Part shown: piece after piece, positions 18,355 through 26,964 of the stretch
How the letters are laid out: each line of letters opens with the position of its first letter
How positions within the stretch are numbered: the first letter of the stretch is position 1
Sequence record: AP019418.1
Reading direction: 5' to 3' (one strand)
Length of the DNA: 64,000 nt
The notes under the pieces: generated by a model
What the model saw: only the letters and a program-made list of their open reading frames with translations
The model's database searches: none
Told to the model about the DNA's origin: nothing
Made by a program: the position numbers and the translations under genes

Positions 18355-18466
18355 GTAAGAGTACTATAATAAAGTATTCTTAAATCTATCCACTAAACAC
18401 ACTCGGTGGTAGAACTTATTATAGAGTGTGTCTAAATGCCAGGGGTTTGCCACCCCTGGTTATATT
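18355..18466 (+). ncRNA. candidate structured sRNA (two hairpins, possible pseudoknot, terminator)
   Basis: starts at TATG; stems 18356-65/18373-82, 18394-404/18424-34, 18439-46/18452-59 plus T-rich tail; no ORF. Confidence 0.6.
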
Positions 18467-18586
18467 CATTGTTACTATTATAAATTCATTTATAGATGAG
18501 AAAAGGTTTTATCACCTTTTCAAAATCGGCATTTAATTCCAGTTAAAAAACTGAATCTATGCTACATTGTAATAAAGGAGTCTATT

Positions 18587-19099
18587 ATGACTAACTCTAA
18601 TCAGTTTGTAAGAACTATTGTAAAGTACCAAGATATCCTAGATGCTTTAATTCAAAAAACGAATGAGAACTGGGTTAATTATCGATCTAATTCTATTGGT
18701 CATATTGTTATTCGTGAATACAGGACTGTTGGATTATTTGTAGGTCGGCAATGTGGTAGTACAACTGCATTGATTGAGTTTGCTAATCGTCATCCTGGCG
18801 AATGTCTAGCTGTATTTGTAGAAGATAAAATTAAACAGGCTGTACTGGCTAAGTTCCAGAATGCTAAAGATAATATTGTTTCTTGTTTAATTACACACCA
18901 ACTCCGTAAATATATTCATCAACCTGAGGAATCATCTATTCAAAAAGATATTAAAGAAGAATTAATATCGTCTGTAAAATATATTCTTGTTGACAATGCC
19001 TCATTTAATCTGAACCTACGCGGTATCACTGATAAAGAATTTAACCAGTGGGTTGCAGATACTTTTGGTACAGAGGTAATGGTGGTTCGTTTTAGTTAG
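18587..19099 (+). CDS. hypothetical protein with degenerate P-loop-like motif
   Basis: 170 aa; VGRQCGSTT after a beta strand; YILVDNA resembles Walker B. Confidence 0.55.
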   Translation: MTNSNQFVRTIVKYQDILDALIQKTNENWVNYRSNSIGHIVIREYRTVGLFVGRQCGSTTALIEFANRHPGECLAVFVEDKIKQAVLAKFQNAKDNIVSCLITHQLRKYIHQPEESSIQKDIKEELISSVKYILVDNASFNLNLRGITDKEFNQWVADTFGTEVMVVRFS

Positions 19100-19259
19100 A
19101 ATTAGTAACTTTGATAGTTTCTAATAAGATTAACTACACGTTATTTACATAATGTCATAACAAGAAATAAATAATACTCAGATTGTAATAATATGTAGTT
19201 ATTACATATCTATATTAGGTTGTCAGTAACTCATCTCTAATATAAAATCGCCATTTAAT

Positions 19260-19335
<76 letters not shown>

Positions 19336-19466
19336 ATTCATAGTTTTAGATTTAGTTATATTTCACTACTATGTAAACTATAAAGGCAGCTAATGCTGCC
19401 TTTATGTCGTCTTGTAAAAGTACCCAATAGTTGAATCTTATAGCTGAATACAAATAGGGTAAAGAC

Positions 19467-19652
19467 ATGTCACTTAAAGCATTGCAAGATATAGTTAGTA
19501 GTGTTCCTACAAATGAACAAAAGGAACGATTAGTTAAAGTTCGGAAAACGATGGAAGAGCTAAATGAGTCTATTAAGAATCAGATTCGTAATAAACGACC
19601 TAGTCAAGCTCTTCTCGACAAAACGATAAACTGGGGTACCAAGTATGGCTAA
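19467..19652 (+). CDS. hypothetical protein (61 aa)
   Basis: ORF track. Confidence 0.65.
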   Translation: MSLKALQDIVSSVPTNEQKERLVKVRKTMEELNESIKNQIRNKRPSQALLDKTINWGTKYG

Positions 19653-19935
19653 GACATTAGTTCGTGCAAAGCTGATTACTGAGGCTGGTCAATGGATGTC
19701 GTCTGACTGGGAATGTGGTTTCCGTGCATGTCGATTCGTGAAACTTGGTAATGATCATGTAAACATAAAAGACTTTGAGGCTATGATCACGGCATTCGAA
19801 GTTGGTGACATGTTAGTGATTTGGCCAAATGGGCTTAGAACTTCGTATAGTGTGGATAATTTCAATAAGTACTTTTCCCATATCAAAGATGAATACCATG
19901 AGACTGATCTCCGTCCACTCTTTTACCCCAAGTAG
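19645..19935 (+). CDS. hypothetical protein (96 aa)
   Basis: ORF track; overlaps upstream stop. Confidence 0.7.
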   Translation: MAKTLVRAKLITEAGQWMSSDWECGFRACRFVKLGNDHVNIKDFEAMITAFEVGDMLVIWPNGLRTSYSVDNFNKYFSHIKDEYHETDLRPLFYPK

Positions 19936-20406
19936 TTGAGCTTATGATAACTATATTCGTGTATAAATACATTACATTCGTTATACCCTTTAATTGATTG
20001 AAATCAAGCTACATAAAAGTGATTGAATGGTCCATGTAGGTGATAATTTTAATAAAGGTAAAGGATTTATCAGAGAATATCTCAGTGCATTTAGGTATTT
20101 TATCACTCGCCTATCTAAATCACATAAAGCCCTTTACCGAGGAATGTGAGAATGTTGGTTGCGATTGATAATACTGGGACAGAATATGATGTCGACCCAA
20201 CTGATGAAGTAGACGTAATGTTTGTATTTAGACCCACACTAAAATAACTTTATATGACTTAATACCCCTCTATATAGAGTGGTCTATTTATAAGTAAAAT
20301 TATACATAGAGTTAATATTATTTGTAGATTAGTTCTACACATAACTCAACTTGAAACCGGGTGTTAATAAAATTTAACACTACGGAAAACATAAAGGTGT
20401 ATAAAA

Positions 20407-21036
20407 ATGGCTTTTCATTTTACTGAAGTAGATTTAAATGATTTTATCAATGAATCAGGTAAAGACTTAAAAATAAATGTTGGTAAACAAACACTAGCAG
20501 TTTATGATATCGATAGGCTAAATATTGTTAATTCAACTATTAATAAACTAGTTTATAATGAACCTATAAGTGAAGAACACATAGATGCATCACTTACAGA
20601 TAATTCATTAAAAGAGCTTAATGATTATTTACTAAATGTTGGTGTTACTGAAAGCGCTAAAATGATGATTGATGCTGTGTTAGAATTAAGCGATTATCAT
20701 AAAAGTGATGAATACTTTAACCCAATGATGTATAAATTAAAAAGTATGCACACTAAAAATACAGATGGTGTTTATTTGATATTTTTACCAACGCCTACTA
20801 TCGATGATCAAATTAACACCATGCAAGGGTATATTATCAATAAATCCGGTAATCTCATTAGGACTACTGTACAGTCATGGCGATTTGAGAAAATTGAATT
20901 CAAAGACTTAGCCAAACATGATAGACGTTGGTTATTTATTGAATATTACATTAATGTTAAACAAACGAAAAATAATATAATCAAAGAGCAACAAGATGAA
21001 TTAACTAAATTTATTTATTATAGTACTCTAAGTTAA
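20407..21036 (+). CDS. hypothetical protein (209 aa)
   Basis: AAGGTG RBS; ORF track. Confidence 0.75.
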   Translation: MAFHFTEVDLNDFINESGKDLKINVGKQTLAVYDIDRLNIVNSTINKLVYNEPISEEHIDASLTDNSLKELNDYLLNVGVTESAKMMIDAVLELSDYHKSDEYFNPMMYKLKSMHTKNTDGVYLIFLPTPTIDDQINTMQGYIINKSGNLIRTTVQSWRFEKIEFKDLAKHDRRWLFIEYYINVKQTKNNIIKEQQDELTKFIYYSTLS

Positions 21037-21059
21037 AACAAATAAAAAAATAAATATAA

Positions 21060-21084
21060 GAGCTAGCCCCTAATGGGCTAGCTT
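21060..21084. terminator. bidirectional terminator
   Basis: AAGCTAGCCC-CTAAT-GGGCTAGCTT flanked by A/T tracts, between convergent genes. Confidence 0.8.
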
Positions 21085-21093
21085 TATGTTATC

Positions 21094-21231
21094 TTACTCT
21101 GCTACATCTTTTACATCAGGTTTATTATTCCAACGTACTGCTCTCGCAATACCATACGTAAGAATAAGAGCACCTACGGTGCCAATAGTGGTGCTAATAA
21201 TAATGCCAAGAGTTTTTGGATCAATATTCAT
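21094..21231 (-). CDS. small membrane protein (45 aa), not in ORF track
   Basis: MNIDPKTLGIIISTTIGTVGALILTYGIAR...; AGGA RBS; early-type promoter at about 21288-21315. Confidence 0.7.
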   Translation of the reverse strand: MNIDPKTLGIIISTTIGTVGALILTYGIARAVRWNNKPDVKDVAE

Positions 21232-21378
21232 ATTTAGTATCCTATTTACAATTAATAGAAAATATTACTTTTAGTAATATCAAGTTAATGATATACTGTT
21301 TAAATATGTTTGAATATAACTTTATTTATTATAATAAATAAAATAATACTTTCATATACACTATATGTAGAAGATTCC

Positions 21379-21455
21379 GCCGCTATAGCTCAGCTAGGTA
21401 GAGCAACGCACTTGTAATGCGTAGGTCCTCCGTTCGATTCGGAGTGGCGGCACCA
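21379..21455 (+). tRNA. tRNA-Thr(TGT)
   Basis: GCCGCTA/TGGCGGC; ACGCA-CT-TGT-AA-TGCGT; CCA; TATG motif at 21364-21367. Confidence 0.97.
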
Positions 21456-21803
21456 AATTTACTGAGGTTTAAACTATTCTTAAATATATTAGTTAGGATG
21501 GGATTGAACGCGAAAGACTCAGTAAATCATATTGCCCCTCCATATGGAGGGGCTTATGTTTGTCATTAATCAGGAAAATATAAAATGAGTCATCTATTAT
21601 TTATCATCCAAGAATACATTACTAATAAATTTGAGGTAACACGAATTGATATGAAGCCAGGTAATAGAATGTTACGTGTATGTTTATACGGTCAACATGA
21701 GGGAAAAGGTTTCGTCCGTATAGATTTATGGTCAGTTGGTTATCGCATTACAAAGAAATAATACTCCAGATTATTTAATATGTATTAATCAAAGGAGTTT
21801 ATA

Positions 21804-22214
21804 ATGAGTAATGAAACTAACTATCTAGGTTATGAATGGAAAACAGATATAACTACTTCAAATCTTAATAGAGTGGTTGATTTATATACACTTGAATTAA
21901 CATGGTTAAAAGAAGATTTTAATGATACTCTTTTTATAAAGTCTTATAAAGTGCTAGAGGGTCTATTAGAGGAACCGTCTAGGGCAATCCATGATGATAC
22001 AGTAACCGTTCAAGATCAATTAGATGAATTAAATACTGTTTTTAAATTAGTATTTGGAAAAGATAATGACGTAGAGTTATCAATTAATAATGATTCAATT
22101 ATTGTGATCGGTGCTACAGATACAACTAAAGAAAAATTAGAAGCAGAGGTGCGTGAGTTTGCATATAGAAAATCATTAATTGATGAACGTTATCCAGACA
22201 TTGTAACGGATTAA
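21804..22214 (+). CDS. hypothetical protein (136 aa)
   Basis: AAGGAG RBS. Confidence 0.8.
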   Translation: MSNETNYLGYEWKTDITTSNLNRVVDLYTLELTWLKEDFNDTLFIKSYKVLEGLLEEPSRAIHDDTVTVQDQLDELNTVFKLVFGKDNDVELSINNDSIIVIGATDTTKEKLEAEVREFAYRKSLIDERYPDIVTD

Positions 22215-22294
22215 AATACTTACAGCTATCTAGTATGTAACTAGGCGGATTGCCATTTGTAAATTATCTATTTAATCAAACTGAGGAAATACTA

Positions 22295-22684
22295 ATGAAA
22301 CAATTCTTTCAACTACTTCTAAGCCTACTTTTCAAACTACCGGTTCTATCATATTTTGCTGAGAAGAAACGACTAGAGAAAGAGAAAAAGGAAGAAGAAA
22401 AGCGTCAGCAAGAACAACGTCAAAAAGAACTACTTGACGAACAGCGTCGCGAACAAGAAGATCATTATCGAAAGACGGCTTACGATCGCCTAGCAAAACT
22501 TATTCATACTCGGTGGTATGATGAGTTTAATGCATATGAAAAGAAACTAGTTGATCTTGCCGTGTCTACTGGTAAAGCAGTTAGTGTTAAGTATGGTAAA
22601 GTTACTAAGATGCAACACCCTCATCAATTTAAACTACTTAATGATTGGCTGGATGATATTCCAGTAGAAGATTTTTCTAAGTGA
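22295..22684 (+). CDS. hypothetical protein, hydrophobic N-terminus plus charged coiled coil
   Basis: GAGG RBS before MKQFF; K/E/Q-rich helix. Confidence 0.75.
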   Translation: MKQFFQLLLSLLFKLPVLSYFAEKKRLEKEKKEEEKRQQEQRQKELLDEQRREQEDHYRKTAYDRLAKLIHTRWYDEFNAYEKKLVDLAVSTGKAVSVKYGKVTKMQHPHQFKLLNDWLDDIPVEDFSK

Positions 22685-22709
22685 GTTTAAATAAAAAAAT
22701 AAAGACATA

Positions 22710-22735
22710 TCCCCTCTCCATACGGAGAGGGGTTT
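22710..22735. terminator. bidirectional terminator at the strand-switch convergence
   Basis: CCCCTCTCC-ATAC-GGAGAGGGG with A/T tracts on both sides. Confidence 0.8.
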
Positions 22736-22744
22736 ATGCCGTAA

Positions 22745-23425
22745 TTATACACTTACTTTGATAAGATTTTTAATATCAGTAAAATGGGTATATGTTGCCT
22801 TTTTATCTTTGTGAACCAGTAAGCAACAGGTGCCTTCATTTACTGTATTGGTTTGTTTTAATGGGATATTTAAAGCATATTCAAACAGATCATCCATCCA
22901 GTTAAATACCATGAACTTACTGATAAGGACATGATCGAAATCAATTAATCCAATAAACGAATCGATCTCAAATTGATAATACTCTACAACCATTTTAGAC
23001 CATTCTTTGTTTATTGCCTCAATGACATTAGGATTATTTATTTTATTAAATAACTCAGTGCGTTCCTTAGTAGGTAAACTGAGGTAATAATTAATATTAC
23101 TCCTAACGATATCTGGATTAGTGATATCAATTTTTTCTGGTAAGTTATATTTACTATCTACATAATTCTTAGTTTCTGGCGTCATTCTCCAGCAACCATA
23201 ATCAGCAGTAGTACTTGATAGATCTACTCTAGCCTCTACTACTTTAGAAAATACATTTACATATAAATTAACAGATTCACATATATCAGGTCTGATTGAA
23301 TTAAAGTTTAAACTTTTAATAAGACCCCTAACTGGTCGAGTACCAATTAGACAATGCAATTCAAGCTTAACATTTTCCTCTTTAGCCATCTTAAATATAT
23401 CAGCAAAACTGAGCTTTTCTACCAT
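22745..23425 (-). CDS. hypothetical protein (226 aa)
   Basis: ORF track. Confidence 0.75.
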   Translation of the reverse strand: MVEKLSFADIFKMAKEENVKLELHCLIGTRPVRGLIKSLNFNSIRPDICESVNLYVNVFSKVVEARVDLSSTTADYGCWRMTPETKNYVDSKYNLPEKIDITNPDIVRSNINYYLSLPTKERTELFNKINNPNVIEAINKEWSKMVVEYYQFEIDSFIGLIDFDHVLISKFMVFNWMDDLFEYALNIPLKQTNTVNEGTCCLLVHKDKKATYTHFTDIKNLIKVSV

Positions 23426-23575
23426 TTAGAATATACCTTTTATTAATTGGACAAATAGATTAGATACACATAGCAATAGAATAAACCATAAACCTAGTCT
23501 TTGTAATTTATCTATACGCTTAGCTTTTTGTTTCCTCTTTAATCTAACTAATAATGTATTTTTAATATCATTCAT
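23426..23575 (-). CDS. small basic membrane protein (49 aa), not in ORF track
   Basis: MNDIKNTLLVRLKRKQKAKR...LGLWFILLLCVSNLFVQLI; stop abuts next ATG. Confidence 0.6.
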   Translation of the reverse strand: MNDIKNTLLVRLKRKQKAKRIDKLQRLGLWFILLLCVSNLFVQLIKGIF

Positions 23576-23594
23576 TAAATTATCTCAGATTTTT

Positions 23595-24125
23595 TTAGAC
23601 GGTGTATAAACCTTCAGTATTACATGTTGTTATGATGTTGTAAAGACGATGCCAATAGCGATCATACGTATTTTTACGTTTGTAGCTATTGGTGCGGATG
23701 ACTAGATTGGCGACCCAGTGATTCTGATCAATGGTCTCATGTAGATGCCCGAAATAAGCCCCCAGTTCAATTTCGAATGGGATCTTACACTCACGCCCCT
23801 TACACATTGCTTCACGTAATAAACGCATTGCAGAATTCTCTGCATTAGTGTCTTTAAATAAAAGACTAATGTATCCAGGGCTACCACCAGTTTCTTCATC
23901 AACATGGCCTGAACAACAATAAATAGTTGCAATATTGGTGAATTGGTTAAACCATTTAATCAATGGTCTACATGCTTCATCAATAAGATCTTCATATTCA
24001 GGTTTATACATTACTTTAACAGTATCATCTGCACGTTGTTTCACATGATGAAAATATTGCTCCCAATTTACATTAGTGTAATATAGCATATCCATATTAG
24101 AATTACTCATACAAATCAACCCCAT
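23595..24125 (-). CDS. hypothetical protein with T-x-x-CC-S-G-H motif (possible TYW3-like fold)
   Basis: 176 aa; RPLIKWFNQFTNIATIYCCSGH. Confidence 0.45.
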   Translation of the reverse strand: MGLICMSNSNMDMLYYTNVNWEQYFHHVKQRADDTVKVMYKPEYEDLIDEACRPLIKWFNQFTNIATIYCCSGHVDEETGGSPGYISLLFKDTNAENSAMRLLREAMCKGRECKIPFEIELGAYFGHLHETIDQNHWVANLVIRTNSYKRKNTYDRYWHRLYNIITTCNTEGLYTV

Positions 24126-24847
24126 ATGTTATTGGCATATTCGCGGTCATTGAAAATGCGGGTAAGATCCATCCGCTTTTGAATGCGCGCTAGTATCCAT
24201 TTTAGTTGTTTAGTTGATAGTTCTTGATTTTGCTTGTACTCACCTGTAGCATGGATGTAATAATCAAATTTACGACTTACAGTAGTAGTATGTGCACATG
24301 CAATAGCAAATGCTTCAAGTGCAGTTAGTTTGGTTGATCCATTATCATTACAATTAGGGATAAACTCAAGTACACTATTAACTGCATCTACACCACTACC
24401 CAAATGAGCCCAATCTTTCTTGGTGATGTTGATACCCATGTCTTTAAGAATAACTGTATATATGTCACCATTCTCCATAGTGAACATCATAGAAGTATTA
24501 CCATTAAACAACCTGCGTTCTATGACTGGCAAGATATTTACTTCAACTTTAAACCAATCAGCTAAATCAACACCTGCGGTAAGGGCATTCAATAGATCAT
24601 AAACATTATCTATAGTTCCAGCAAAAGCCATAGTTTTAACACGTTTGCCTTGCCAAGTAACAGTCGGATGAAAAATTATCTTGTGGCAATCATTGTAATA
24701 TACATCTACACCTTCAGCTTTAGCAGTTAGATCAATATAACCGTTATCTAATACTGGAAGTCGCCCAATGCTATCAGTTGCATTATTCCGCTCAATTAAT
24801 AGGCAGTCTGCAATCATGACTTTACCATCATTTACGATATATGTCAT
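24116..24847 (-). CDS. Ntn-hydrolase / proteasome-beta (HslV-like) fold protein
   Basis: MTYIVNDGKVMIAD, MAFAGT, HLGSG, TALEAFAIAC match the T1 / AD / G / GSG / A.eA..iA pattern. Confidence 0.55.
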   Translation of the reverse strand: MTYIVNDGKVMIADCLLIERNNATDSIGRLPVLDNGYIDLTAKAEGVDVYYNDCHKIIFHPTVTWQGKRVKTMAFAGTIDNVYDLLNALTAGVDLADWFKVEVNILPVIERRLFNGNTSMMFTMENGDIYTVILKDMGINITKKDWAHLGSGVDAVNSVLEFIPNCNDNGSTKLTALEAFAIACAHTTTVSRKFDYYIHATGEYKQNQELSTKQLKWILARIQKRMDLTRIFNDREYANNIWG

Positions 24848-24884
24848 TTTCACCCCTTATAATAAAATAAATAGGCTTAAGCGA

Positions 24885-25005
24885 AATAAAGCCCTCCCCG
24901 AAGGGAGGGCATTATCAATAGGTGGGATCTCGGCGGCACCTTCATTTGCGGACGGGAACGCTGAAGGGAGATAGTCCGGGAGATCCCGATTTGGGTATTC
25001 TTTAC
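24885..25005 (-). ncRNA. candidate GC-rich structured sRNA with UUCCCGUC apical loop
   Basis: TATG at 25008-25005; nested stems GGGATCTC/GAGATCCC, CCTTCA/TGAAGG, GCG/CGC; terminator 24891-24910. Confidence 0.65.
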
Positions 25006-25013
25006 ATATGGTA

Positions 25014-25394
25014 TTACTGCAAGTATTTGTTCCCCGCAGTATAATCACCATTGATCCAATTTTTGATTACAACACTGATCCCTTCATTTTCTTTAACGGT
25101 AACCCCCAACTCAAGATCGATTGATTGATAAGCTACAGCCGCCAGTGTTAACCGAAGATAAACGGATCCATCTTTTTCGATATCGTAGGATACTACGAAC
25201 CCGTCTTGTAGATTTTGTAGCTGGAATGTATTAGCATGTTGTGGGTGGAGACGATCCATATTGTACTCGACGACATCTAGTAGATATTGCCGAGCATCAG
25301 CAGCATTATCAAATCCGAGATCGCACAGACCGATCGGATAGCGAGCTTGCGTGCATGTAACTTTCATAGATACTACACGATGTTGTTTGCACAT
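25014..25394 (-). CDS. hypothetical protein (about 117-126 aa)
   Basis: ORF track; start uncertain. Confidence 0.7.
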   Translation of the reverse strand: MCKQHRVVSMKVTCTQARYPIGLCDLGFDNAADARQYLLDVVEYNMDRLHPQHANTFQLQNLQDGFVVSYDIEKDGSVYLRLTLAAVAYQSIDLELGVTVKENEGISVVIKNWINGDYTAGNKYLQ

Positions 25395-25535
25395 TATATT
25401 TTCCTCTTAGATGTCAAAAACCCTCCCCGATCAGGGGAGGGTATCTCATTGGTACTTCTTCAGCAAAACTGAAACTAAGATAAAAGAGCAATCGTAAAGG
25501 AACTACATAGAATAGTGTATTTCTTTTACTATTTT

Positions 25536-25949
25536 TTACACAACCTCTTTAGATGGGGGTTCTTTATGAATCCAGTCTAAAGTTGTTGGTAAACTATTAT
25601 CTGATCTGAAGGTACACACCGTCCGGAACCGAGAGTGATCAACTACAGATAATTGCCCGTTAATCGCAGCCTCATATTGCCTACACAACTTCACACACCT
25701 TTTCTCTAGATCAGTTGGTTCGTAACCTTCTTCTCTTGGTTCAGTGTATGGTCCATCCCAAAAGAATATTAATCTAAGATCAATCCCAGATTTATACTCC
25801 GCTTGGTATGAATATTGATGAACATCAAAATCATCTAATTCTTCAACTAGATGTGATGTTATTGTTCTAGGGTGTTCATGAGTTAATTCACTGTATATAT
25901 GTTTATTTCTAGGGTTTTGTAAATCAACTACGATAAGTTGACTAGTCAT
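25536..25949 (-). CDS. hypothetical protein (137 aa)
   Basis: start placed at MTSQLIV, next to upstream stop. Confidence 0.7.
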   Translation of the reverse strand: MTSQLIVVDLQNPRNKHIYSELTHEHPRTITSHLVEELDDFDVHQYSYQAEYKSGIDLRLIFFWDGPYTEPREEGYEPTDLEKRCVKLCRQYEAAINGQLSVVDHSRFRTVCTFRSDNSLPTTLDWIHKEPPSKEVV

Positions 25950-25950
25950 T

Positions 25951-26604
25951 TTAACTTTTATCCAGATGTCTATTACGAGTGCGTTCCACTGCTGTAGGTT
26001 CGACAGTGGCTCGCGGTAGATAAGTAATCTCCGGGAAAGTCTTATTAAGAGCATCTTCAATTAGCTCTTTAGCAATCTCTGCATCGATGTAATGGTTTAG
26101 AATAATACCACGATGATACAGGAAGAAGCTGTATTCATCATAACCATGGCGAAGACTTACTTTACCACGATACCCACCATAGGTTAGAGTATCTTCGTTA
26201 ATTTCATTCCGATAAATATCAAGTTGGATATTATTTTGAAGATGCATTTGAATGAAGTCATTACTATCACCGCCGAATAGGGTTGGTCGTTTCCGACCAG
26301 TAACAACATCTTGGATGGAATCCATTAGTCGGTTAATGTCTGTTTCTAATCGTTGGATATCACATTGAGAATTCATTGCTTCATGGAAACGAGTTACAAC
26401 TGCATTGAATTCTTCTTCAGTCCAACCACTGGTACGTTTTTCATAATCAACAATGATAATACCGAACCAGGCATAACCGTTAGAATGTTTTACTTTAACA
26501 CATAGATGAGGTACATTATCAGCACCTGACTGATGGTTAACAGTGTAATTATTATTACGGCTGATTACTAGTTTGATAAAAGGTAGACTAATGATTGACG
26601 CCAT
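25951..26604 (-). CDS. hypothetical protein (217 aa)
   Basis: AAGGA RBS. Confidence 0.75.
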   Translation of the reverse strand: MASIISLPFIKLVISRNNNYTVNHQSGADNVPHLCVKVKHSNGYAWFGIIIVDYEKRTSGWTEEEFNAVVTRFHEAMNSQCDIQRLETDINRLMDSIQDVVTGRKRPTLFGGDSNDFIQMHLQNNIQLDIYRNEINEDTLTYGGYRGKVSLRHGYDEYSFFLYHRGIILNHYIDAEIAKELIEDALNKTFPEITYLPRATVEPTAVERTRNRHLDKS

Positions 26605-26752
26605 GGAAATATTCCTTTTGTATTTTTTAAATTAAAGTAGGAGTTATTATTGAGTTTCAACTCAATACATCAATAACTCCAGTATGTTTTCAAAATTAAA
26701 TACATGTATTTACAGTTACATTGTAACCAGTTAGTTTTGCCAACAATACAAA

Positions 26753-26941
26753 TTAGCGAACCTGTTCGATTTTTTCAGAAACAATGAAAATATGTGCAAT
26801 ACGATCCTCATCAACATACCGATATCGAAATGAGGTATAACTAGATGACACATCCGTATCGTTTAAATAGGTGATATTAAAATCATCTACTTCCCTACCA
26901 TTAGCAGCCGCAACGGTATTTAGAATGTTGAGTAGACTCAT
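26753..26941 (-). CDS. hypothetical protein (62 aa)
   Basis: AAGGA RBS. Confidence 0.7.
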   Translation of the reverse strand: MSLLNILNTVAAANGREVDDFNITYLNDTDVSSSYTSFRYRYVDEDRIAHIFIVSEKIEQVR

Positions 26942-26964
26942 TTTACAGATTCCTTTTTAGTATA

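Noticed and set aside
18587-19099. Terminase or helicase call from GRQCGSTT
   Set aside because: The Walker A lysine is absent and the protein is too short; left as a degenerate P-loop
19940-20400. ncRNA in the gap before the 209-aa gene
   Set aside because: No convincing stems; two short ORFs of about 30-40 codons could fill it but support is too weak to call
24857-25051. 64-aa minus-strand ORF
   Set aside because: It overlaps the upstream gene end, runs through a terminator and has no RBS; the structured RNA explains the sequence better
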